DNA of 64,000 nt from Tubiluchus corallicola (taxonomy: Eukaryota; Animalia; Priapulida). The notes under the pieces are model-generated. The model saw nothing but the letters and a program-made list of their open reading frames with translations. It had not been told where the DNA came from and did no database searches. The DNA lies in contig JAQGDQ010000010.1 in the NCBI GenBank assembly GCA_030141605.1, positions 248,001 through 312,000 on the forward strand, given 5' to 3'. The translations under genes were made by a program, and so were the position numbers. Shown here one piece after another: positions 54,211-64,000 of the stretch; position 1 is the first letter of the stretch; each line of letters begins with the position of its first letter.

Positions 54211-56646
54211 GATGCAGGTGAAACAGTGTATCGTAAATTTTGGAGACTGTCTTCAATGTCTTGACAATTTAGTAACTGATTACTTAAAAATTAGTATGTA
54301 ATTACGTGGGGTACAGTTCAACGAAAAACATTAATTTTTCTGGCAAATTTATTAAACCGCTAACCTAAGTAGATTTTCTCAGTTTCCATGGGTTTGGGTA
54401 TGAAAATTTAGAAGCACACGACCCCACGCAGCTAGTGCCCAAATAAACTCGTTCACATTGTCGGCAGCAAGCATTTTGAGAGCAGTTCTATATCGTTACA
54501 TATCAAAGGTCGCTCTGAGAGTAATACATACTGACTCATCTTCGCATAATTACGATGATTACTGTTAATTTCCACTTTCTATTATACACTGGATTGCGCT
54601 GGCCTAATTACAAGCTGCCTTACCCAAAATGGAAGTCAGCAGGTCAGTGTTGCATGAATAGCATGTGATTAAAAAACTTTACCTGCAAGTTATTTTACTA
54701 CACATTACACATTACTACTATACAAAATATTAGTTTACTATTAAAATCTGTCGTTACTTAATGTTGGACGTAGCAAGCACGTAGCCCCCACCGAATTAAC
54801 AGTAAAATCAGTATTATTCTTTAATATAATTTATTTAACCTACATAATAACGTTTTATGCGTTGCCGGCGATATTTTCTGGGATTGGTGTACAAACTAAG
54901 AAGTTCGTTTTAAATAAGGCCTCGAATATACGATACATGTACAATGCCTGCCCACATGGAAACTGGTTTGTTACAATGCACTGTATACTGAAAGTATATG
55001 TGTATTGACTAGTAGCATGCTCGCGTAAGGTGTTTACCTTTGGACTATGTCCTAAACGAAATTACTATTATAATCATAGACACAGACATTGGCTCTAAGT
55101 AAGAATATAAATAGAGCTACATAAATATATTATTTATTATCTAAAATTTAAAATGATTATCTAAATTTTTACTAATAGTATGAGAACACAACCCAACTTT
55201 TCTACGAGGTTTATGAATCAATGAGCAAATAAGGTAAGCAACTAAGAATAAGGAAGCAGACAAGTGAGCAAGTCTATAAGTAAATACCAAAATATGTAAG
55301 CAACGAGGCAATTATATAAACTTACGGAAGGCCCATTGTCTGTCCCATATGTACTAAAAGTTTCGCTAAGTGTTGTCAATTATTTTTTAATCATTTCAGA
55401 ACAATATTTCATGCGATAAAACGGTTTAATACAAAGCAGTTTCACAATTAGCACAGGGAAGGCTTACTGTATTACAGCTAACAGAGTCAGCAAAATGGAC
55501 ATAATGAATTGGCGCAGAAACAATTGAGAGGTATTTTTAACGAATTGTTTAGTAGTGCATAAATTCGTAAACTAGCTACGCAATGTGCATGCCTTATCAA
55601 CTATACTTAATTTATTGCTTGCATACTTCAGCTACGCATTGCCTGCATGATGTCCATTGTCCAATTTGCATTACCGCAATTGCACTGGCTGCCCATTGCC
55701 CAATTTTGATATGCTTTGTGAATACATGTAGTTTTGCTTTATATTGATGCTTATCAGCTTGATTGCTAATACCTAACAGACACTTGATCATTTATTGTGC
55801 ATCTATTTGTCTTTTAGCCTTTTCTTTGTATTACTTAAAAACTTAAAATATTTCTTACTTGTTAAATCATATAGTTTTTGTACTCTGCTGTTATGATAAT
55901 TAATTCTAGATCATAAATTTTTGCTTAATGTATTGCAATTGTCAAGACAATTTGTTTTTCTTTTTTACTTTTTTCTTTTTTTGCTATTCACATGTATATT
56001 CATAGTCTCTTTATAGATATGTGTTATAACTTCCGTAAAACAAACAGTTGATAACCATTACTTCTTTTAAAGTTACTGATTTAAATTTCATTTCACATTG
56101 TTTAGCTATGCATATCTGATAATCTTGGTTCAAGTTAAATTTTATTTTGCAAATGTTGTTTTTTCCGAACATTTAAATATTCTCTTTTTTATCTAATTTT
56201 CTGTTTTGAACCGTATATTATCTTTAATGCTTAACTTTATTCTTCTTTTGGAATGACTGGTTTTTGTATTTTTACTTTTTTGTGTGTATTGATGTTTATG
56301 TATTTTCCATAGTTGCGTTTTATCTGTCATTAGCGTCATTTTGTTTTCTGAGAAGAGTGGTTGACTTGCTAACCTTTGGTTTTTCACCACCCTTTCTCCT
56401 ATGTACATTTGTATTTTTGTATATTTTATTGTCAAAATTAATGTAAATTTAATGAGAAAAAGAAAATACTAATCTAATCTAATCTAATGTGATAATAACA
56501 TAGTTACATATAATACACTGTATAATATAATATTATAATACAGCGTTAACTGTGGTGAAATATTATTAAGGGTTCACTGTTTACCTAGTGTTCTGTTTCC
56601 TAGCTTATGACGCATTACGCAGTGAGCTGTATGTTAATGCGTAATA

Positions 56647-56663
56647 GTTGCGCCTATAGCAAC
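56647..56663. promoter_or_regulatory. RFX X-box-like inverted repeat upstream of the creatine-kinase-like gene
   Basis: GTTGCGCCTATAGCAAC: GTTGC...GCAAC arms with a strong TAGCAAC half-site about 80 bp upstream of the ATG; spacing is non-canonical. Confidence 0.4.
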
Positions 56664-56740
56664 GAGCAGCCATTTTTTAGTTCTGGTAGAAAACATTAAA
56701 TTCGATAATGGTTTGATAATATTAACTACGATTTGGCAAA

Positions 56741-57910
56741 ATGGCTTGTTTCAAAAGTGACCAGGCGTACGGTGACGATGGTCCGACGGCAGCAAAATCG
56801 GGAAAAATAAAAATTACAGGTAACAATTACCCAGATTTGGCAAACCATCATAACTGCATGGCCAGTCAGCTCACCCCGGAAATATACAACAAACTGTGTG
56901 AAAAACGAACGAAAAAAGGTTTTACTCTTGACGACTGTATACAAACTGGAGTAGACAACCCAGGACACCCATTCTTGCACACTGTTGGCATGGTAGCTGG
57001 AGACGAAGAATGTTACGACTTGTTTAAAGACCTCTTTGATAAAGTAATCGAGGAAAGACACAGCGGATATTCTCCGAAGGATAAGCATGTTACTGATCTT
57101 GATGCCAGTAAAGTACAAGGTGGAGTATTTGATCCGACATATGTGGTAGCTATAAGAATACGTACAGGGCGATCTATCAGAGGACTGTCCCTTCCTCCGG
57201 GTTGCAAGAGAAACGAAAGGCGAGAGGTAGAAAGAATTGCTTCTGAAGCTCTGAACGACCTTGCAGGAGACTATGCAGGAACTTACTACTCTCTGGGTGG
57301 CATCTCAGACGAACAACAAGAAAAACTGATAAAGGATAATATTCTGTTTGCCAAACCAGTTTCGCCTATGCTGACTTCTGCTGGCATGGCCCGTGACTGG
57401 CCAGACGCTCGAGGTGTGTACCACAACATGGCAAAAGACTTTCTTGTTTGGGTCAACGAAGAGGATCATGTTCGGATAATCGTTTTGGAGGAAGGCAACG
57501 ACCTCAAAGGTGTCTTTCAGAAGTTTTCCAATGGCGTACAAGAAGTAGAGAATTCAATCAAGAAGAAAGGCTATGAGTTTATGTGGAACGATCATTTGGG
57601 ATATATTCTGACGTCTCCCAGTAACTTGGGAACCGGCATGCGCTGTAGCGTTCACGTGAAGCTCCCGTTGTTAAGCCAAGATCAAAGACTGGATTTCATA
57701 TTAAAAATGTTTGAGCTACAGAAACGCAGTTTGAGTAATCCAGACTCAGAAGAAGGTGGTGGCTTGATTGAAATCAGTAATACTATTAGACTGGGAAAGA
57801 GTGAAGTACAGTTAGTACAACTGGTGTATGACGGTATTGTGAAACTAATTGAAATGGAGCAGCGCTTAGAACAAGGAAACCCTATTGACGATTTAATTCC
57901 CGCAGTTTAA
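56741..57910 (+). CDS. Creatine-kinase-family phosphagen kinase, 389 aa, intronless, with non-canonical active site
   Basis: Full-length ATP:guanido phosphotransferase motifs: [73 protein letters not shown](S)[33 protein letters not shown]. The long GVDNPGHPF loop is CK-type rather than arginine-kinase-type. Confidence 0.97.
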   Translation: MACFKSDQAYGDDGPTAAKSGKIKITGNNYPDLANHHNCMASQLTPEIYNKLCEKRTKKGFTLDDCIQTGVDNPGHPFLHTVGMVAGDEECYDLFKDLFDKVIEERHSGYSPKDKHVTDLDASKVQGGVFDPTYVVAIRIRTGRSIRGLSLPPGCKRNERREVERIASEALNDLAGDYAGTYYSLGGISDEQQEKLIKDNILFAKPVSPMLTSAGMARDWPDARGVYHNMAKDFLVWVNEEDHVRIIVLEEGNDLKGVFQKFSNGVQEVENSIKKKGYEFMWNDHLGYILTSPSNLGTGMRCSVHVKLPLLSQDQRLDFILKMFELQKRSLSNPDSEEGGGLIEISNTIRLGKSEVQLVQLVYDGIVKLIEMEQRLEQGNPIDDLIPAV

Positions 57911-59202
57911 AAAATCGTGATCAAAACAGTGAGCTAGGAGATTTTCCTTTTTCAGATTCTCCTTTCTTCTAGACTCTATTGTTATTTTCCGTAGTTAAAC
58001 ATGGTTACATATAATTTGGCTTTCATTTCTCCTCGTAAAGACTTTACCAAGCCTAATACATTTTGTAATTTTAAAATTCCTAAATTCATCCCAAAAACAG
58101 TCTCTCTCCTCCTGTTATTATTTGTGTCCTAAAGTTTAAACATTTAATGAATCGATAGATTTCAGTACTTTCAATAATTTAGCATGAAAGTCTAAGTAAT
58201 TAAGGATTTTAACATTTTCCATGTAGTTTGAAGGAATGTCGATAATCTATTAACTGATTTTAAAAGCTTGGCCTGTCATTGAACATCAAGAAGGTATTAG
58301 TAGCCGTACATTGTGCTGTTCATACTATTGTTACTGAATCTCTTTTTTTACATATAAAAAGTTATGAGATAACCTAGTCAGGATATACAAATTTGTTGGT
58401 GGTAATTGCTATTTTTTCTATATACGTGGCAGCCCACAGATCACAGTAATTGGCATCTAGTCCTCTTTTTCTTAGTTTCTTAGTCCTATTTTCGCTATTG
58501 CTTGTAAATACAATTATAATACGGTCTTCGCATGTAACTTAATTAGGAGCAGCAGTACGCTCTTCTTGTAGAGCGTAAACCTCCTTTTGTGCTTCTATAT
58601 TTCAAATTTCAGTACAAACAAATTACTTTTATTTAGTCTTTTTCATTCCATTAAAATAGTTTAAAATTATATACTTAGTATATTTAAATGCGAGACATAA
58701 AATTTATATTATATTTTCCGTACGCACAAAATGATTTTTATCCCATGCATATTTATATTTAAATCAATTTAATTCTCCTTTGTTTGGCAAAAAACTTAGA
58801 AAAATAAAGAAATTACGCACACGAAATTTATAAAGAACAAAATAGCACAAAAAGAAATTAATGGCTTCCTTGATCCGAGTTTCGTATTTGTAAAATTTCC
58901 TTGCAGTTCTTTAGATTACAGCATATACCACAAGGTAATCATGCCATGCATTAAGATGCCACTACCGATCCAAGCATTACTTAACCCTCTCTCAACAAAA
59001 CAAAGCTGCTTTATTTATAATAAGCGGTCCAGCTAAATCGAAAGGCTGCAGCAATGGCTTCTTTCACCTATATACTTGAGTGAACTGACGACTGTGGTTC
59101 TTCCACCGGCGGCCTCGCACATGTGAGACACGATCTCATTTGTCGTACTACTGAGGACTTTTATCATCTAACGCCTCATGAAGCTTCAAGCACCATTCGA
59201 GT

Positions 59203-60120
59203 TCACGGCCTTGTGTCTATCAATCTGTTTGTTTTAAGCAAAAGTCTCCTAAAAGCAACTTTGAAGTCTTTATTACTGACCGCATATATGATAGGATTTA
59301 TGGCACTGTTGGCTAAACCAAACGAAAACAAAAAGTTAGAAAGTGCGTAAGACCAATCGTCTTTGCTGTAAGCGTCATAAAGATAAGAGGGTCCCCAACA
59401 GATTAGAAACGCTATTGTTACAAGTGTTAGGACTTTCGTTGCTTTCATTTGTGTTATCGTAGTGTTATAACCCCGAGTTTGGTAAAATAAGCCTATCTGC
59501 AGCATATGCCGCCTTGCAGTTCTCCAAATTATAACATATGTTACAAATATTGTGCACATGGGTATGTAAAACATTATCATTGAGTCAAACATGTAAATTA
59601 GTTTTACAACGTGATTGTTCTCTAACTGCTCAGCTAAGGCGAACACAACTGAAAGCATCAGAGCGACAATCCAACTCAGAAAGAGTAAAGTAATAATCGT
59701 TGTTCTTGTCACGATCACGTAATACTTATATGGAAAAACTACTGCTATGTATTTTTCAGCTGCTATCAAACACAGATGAATTGCAGTTGCGTTAATCATG
59801 GAGTATTGAAAACAATCTCTAACGAAAAGAAACTCCTTAGGAAATTGTTCAGGTAATAACAGTGTCACAACTTCAAGTGGTACTGTCAACCCAGTTAAAA
59901 GATCTGCCACAGCTAGTGACGTAATAAGAGCATTGGTTTTAGTTTGCAAATGCTGAAAGTTATAAACTGTAGCGATCACCAATAAATTGCCCGGAATTAT
60001 GGCAATGCAAGAGACCACATGTACTAGCACTGTTAATTGGGTAAGGTAACAGTAGTATAACTTGAAATCATCCATCTCAGACGCAGTGTGGTTGGTGATA
60101 GCGGTATGATTAACAACCAT
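59203..60120 (-). CDS. Orphan rhodopsin-family (class A) GPCR, 305 aa, intronless
   Basis: Seven hydrophobic segments with class-A motifs: TM1 GN, TM2 SLAVADLL, TM3 EKY (DRY position), TM4 W, TM5 P...Y, TM6 FLICWGP, TM7 NSAINPIIY, helix 8 FK.AFRRLL. Two N-terminal NHT sequons; in-frame stop upstream of the ATG. Confidence 0.95.
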   Translation of the reverse strand: MVVNHTAITNHTASEMDDFKLYYCYLTQLTVLVHVVSCIAIIPGNLLVIATVYNFQHLQTKTNALITSLAVADLLTGLTVPLEVVTLLLPEQFPKEFLFVRDCFQYSMINATAIHLCLIAAEKYIAVVFPYKYYVIVTRTTIITLLFLSWIVALMLSVVFALAEQLENNHVVKLIYMFDSMIMFYIPMCTIFVTYVIIWRTARRHMLQIGLFYQTRGYNTTITQMKATKVLTLVTIAFLICWGPSYLYDAYSKDDWSYALSNFLFSFGLANSAINPIIYAVSNKDFKVAFRRLLLKTNRLIDTRP

Positions 60121-60589
60121 ACCGTAGCTTTTCCATACAGGATTTGCTCACAAAAATACGTAGTAATCGTGTGGTAAATTCAGATTTTTAACAGCAGAGT
60201 ACAACAAACGATTCCATCTGCTACACGTGCACTATCATATCACACAGTCACACCCATAATAGATGTGCAGCCGAGTGTTATTTATTAGAATAATATTGAT
60301 TGTAAGAGACATAACAATAACATTTTTTTCGATTAGCACTCTATTAGTTTGTGACTGAACCAACATCACATATTTGCAAGCGTCGCAAGCACATTTCTCG
60401 CATATATTCGGAAGTAAACATAAAACAGAACATGCTCGATTATGTAAACAGTACATTACATTACGTTAATATACATTCACATTAGAATTAACATTAAAAC
60501 AATTTGTTTTTAAATTGTTGTAAAACGGTGGTTGCCTACTGACATGCTGCTTATTACCTAGTTCGTTGATTTTGACATAAATCCAGCAC

Positions 60590-60678
60590 TCCATCAAATA
60601 AACAAATATTTTTAAAACAGATTATACTTTATTAATCTGATATAAATCTCTCAGTCCATCAAATAAACAAATATTTTA
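60590..60678. repeat. 23-bp perfect direct repeat, 66-bp offset
   Basis: TCCATCAAATAAACAAATATTTT at 60590-60612 and 60656-60678. Confidence 0.8.
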
Positions 60679-63600
60679 TTTTACCCAGTCAATCTTCTAC
60701 AAACATACATGTTTACAGACAGAAGTAAATGCTTAATTCCTAAAAGTAAAACAAAACTATACAGCGATGTCTAAACAGTTTAACTCAGAAGCTCTTCATC
60801 TGGTTATCCAAATTCTACGCAGATTCAAGATTCAAAGTGAGAAAGTCTTAGTACCTTGTCAACTTCCTAAAAATATGACTTTTTCATCTTACATATCAGG
60901 CCGCTTTCGTGTTTTCTCCCAATTTGCTTTGACAACTTAATTTCATGGTGTTCTTTAAATATAGGGCCAACTGTGTAATACAAGGTCAGGCTGTTAACAC
61001 AGAAACGGTAAAATTATCCAACATTGTACACCTCTACCGAGGGTTAACGAGAGTTCGCATGCTTGGACAGCAGTTGAACAGAAAAAGTTTAATTTAAAAA
61101 AATCACCGTGCCAGTTGACCAAGCGGTCATCGGCAGTTAGCTTACTGTACGTCACCCGGTTTCATGGCTCAACAGGATCTTCAGCATAGGCGCCTCTGCA
61201 ATATAATATTAGATGGCTCAACTTGGTTCGACTACACCTCAAGCAACAGCACATGATTCACTCCAAGACTCCATTAGGTTTCATTAAAATTCCCTATAAT
61301 AATCAATAAGCATAGCAAATGCCTGTAGAAATAACTAAACAGAGCGATCAAAAAGACTGCAGGTAAAACAAAAATACGAGCTAACTTATCTAAAAAGCTA
61401 ATAGGATGTTGTCATCATGCCAGTCAACAAATAAAAAGTTTGCATATGTTAATTTAATTTGAATTAGAAATACTGTAAAACTTTTCCGAGTTTTTCCTGA
61501 GACTGGCATGTTAGGTTTACCTTACTGTTATCACTTAAACTTAGAAAAATGTAGCAAGGAAATTTGCAAAAAAGTATCTAGAAAACTATTACAATTCTCT
61601 AACACCGCAGTAAATAAATTTTCATGCGGCGTGACAGCCGCCATTTATTTGAACATTATAACCTAACTGGTGGAATTCGTGACTATTCGTGGCTTTCCGT
61701 GAGCGTGCGCTGCTTAAACTATGTCAAACTTCTGCATCTTATATAATGTCTATGCAAAATATCGCAAATTTAGTTATCTAATTTTTAGTAAAAAGCTTTA
61801 TTATTCTTTTGTTGGAAATTGACTGTGCCCTGCTTTTCTTCGGTCGACGAATGGTCATTGGTGTCATTGTCAAACTGCGCACTCAAAGTGAGAGCGTCCA
61901 AGTAGGAAATGATCGCACCTCTAAAGTGATTTTATTAATTACACGAGGTGCTTATGGGATTTTTATTACTAACTTTTTTTAACATTTTATGCGAACATTG
62001 AGATAAACCCGACTTCCTGAAAGGCTTGGCCTTTCATTTGAAGACTAAAGGTTGCTAACGAGTTGAGTGACTTAGCGGGCAAAGTACTCCATATTGCATA
62101 ACTGATGCAAACGATTGTCCATCCATAATCAGTTACTCAGACTGACCATATACTTACAACGTAGGGCCTATTTTGAGCAATGCGTTTCTGTTATTCAATT
62201 TATAGCTATACCAGTAACTCATTTTTAACCGACTTTAAAGCTCAAATTATCCAAGTGCTTTAATGCGTTGGTCAGTTTGTTCGCAGAAATGATAAAACTT
62301 ACTCTTTACTCTGTACACGTAGTCATTCATTTTGAGTAGTAAATAACTCAACTTCAACTTTAAAGCATCAGATTACTCAACATAAATATTTTCTCATTTG
62401 GCTTTGTGAATATATAATAAACAATTATCTTTGTACTGGTGTATATCAACAATTTACCTTAGTTGTATTTACTTTGTTAATTATTATTTTGCCTAAACAA
62501 TGTCAGCGATCACCACGAATCATTAAACAATTTTCTATCGAAAATCTTCATTTTTTGTTAACCTGGCCTTTCTGATGGGGTAACAGATTTCGGCCGATGA
62601 CCCCGGCTATAATGTTTTGCGCTGCCCACATTTCAATGGCTATAATTTGCCAACAATAATATGAACATGCATATTGTATGATAATTACTAGTTTCCGAGA
62701 TGCATGTGTAATGCGTGCACCTAATTGAACTTTGTTTACTGTTTTCGTCTGTCTAAACCGATTGCCATCAATCTAGCAAACTGCGGTGCAAAAATGTACA
62801 CAAATTGAGGGATGAGCTAACATTTGTTTTGCTGTTTATTGTTTCTACAAACATTAGTGGTCAGTAGTTGTCTATTGTTATTATACGAAGTAAACAAGCG
62901 ATATGTATTCCTGGTTAAAAAGTCATCACCCGTTAATAATATGCAATATTGTACCTCGCAGCCTCAGTTTAACACAAACTAAAACGGCCAAGTAATTTAA
63001 CGTTAGGAGAAAAAACTTCATTGTTTCGGTGTTTTCCCTATCTAGTACTAGCGGTATATCAAAGTATATAAATCATGTGGCATGCATATCTACAGGTTCA
63101 CACTAAAATTAAATAGTTCTGTACATCACTCCCCATTTCCATAAAAAGTTTTCCGACCTTTCTTTCCAGACTGTAGCTTAAAGTTGCAAATAATTCCGCC
63201 ATCATTTTCTCAAAAAAACATGGTCGTGATAACCATTTTTGAGGAATCTGAATTCGAGAAAAGGAACAAAAAGGGTGTCGTTCAAGAGATATCAAATATA
63301 CGTCAAGCAACACAACACGTAAATATGAGAATGCTAGAAAAATAGTTAAAAGAAGTAAAAATAAACAATTTTTGTCCCTTAATTATAGCCGGTGAGATTC
63401 AAACTCTGACTGCAATATCCTTTGCTGCAACTTCAACCTGTAATTTGCTGAGATGTAATTTGTTAATAAGTTCAGTGTCACGCCTCTGTGTGAATAGAAA
63501 GCAACTACAATTTTGAACTACGGGCTAATTTGTTTGCCTTCTTACATTTTTGAATTGCTAAAAATATATTTTATTTCATTATGCTCACGCTAATCAATTT

Positions 63601-64000
63601 ATGCGTGACTCATTATACGTTACAAGTGACTTAAAATTATTTTATATGTGAATAAAATAAAATACAATACAATAAAATATAATATAAATAAATTTAGTGC
63701 TGAATTGAGCAAGAGTGACAACCGTGTTTTCTTAACCTTGTTTTCGTACTGCCTCCTGCCTTTGTAAGGGTGATAGTACGAATGCCACATTCGTCAGCAG
63801 CTAAGACATCTGCCGTTCACTATCTCATCTTAGCGGATCCTACATTCTCAAGCTCGATAGTCAATATAGGATAAGAAATACAGGCATGAGCGCCGCCAGA
63901 TTTTAAAAAAATTGCGGCCACCAACGTATTTTCCTGTATTTAAGCACATTTTGGAGGCCCCAAATGAGATCTAAATTCTGGTACATAGTCGTCCTCAAAC

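Noticed and set aside
56726-59350. Antisense ORFs over the kinase and GPCR
   Set aside because: Shadow ORFs of real coding sequence.

Overview
AT-rich genomic DNA from an animal, probably an invertebrate. It is mostly intronic or intergenic, and nearly all short ORFs in the track are noise. Four protein-coding features are supported. (1) The first coding exon of a DBH-like monooxygenase (MOXD1-like: signal peptide plus start of the DOMON domain) on the minus strand at 37296-37619; I could not find its second exon in the remaining 37 kb. (2) A single-exon BLCAP/BC10 gene at 51455-51721 (+). (3) An intronless creatine-kinase-family ORF at 56741-57910 (+). (4) An intronless orphan class-A GPCR at 59203-60120 (-), convergent with the kinase. 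Mobile DNA includes a clean 402-bp hAT-type MITE (15-bp TIRs, 8-bp TSD), two 5'-truncated non-LTR retrotransposon 3' ends, and several decayed repeats and microsatellites. The most interesting signal is the creatine-kinase-like gene. Its ORF is intact, but the active-site Cys is Ser (SPSNLGT), the GTGGVD specificity loop is rewritten and the ribose-contacting His is Asn, so it may be a pseudo-enzyme or have changed substrate. I see no evidence of a new multi-gene system. All family assignments come from recalled motifs, not database searches.
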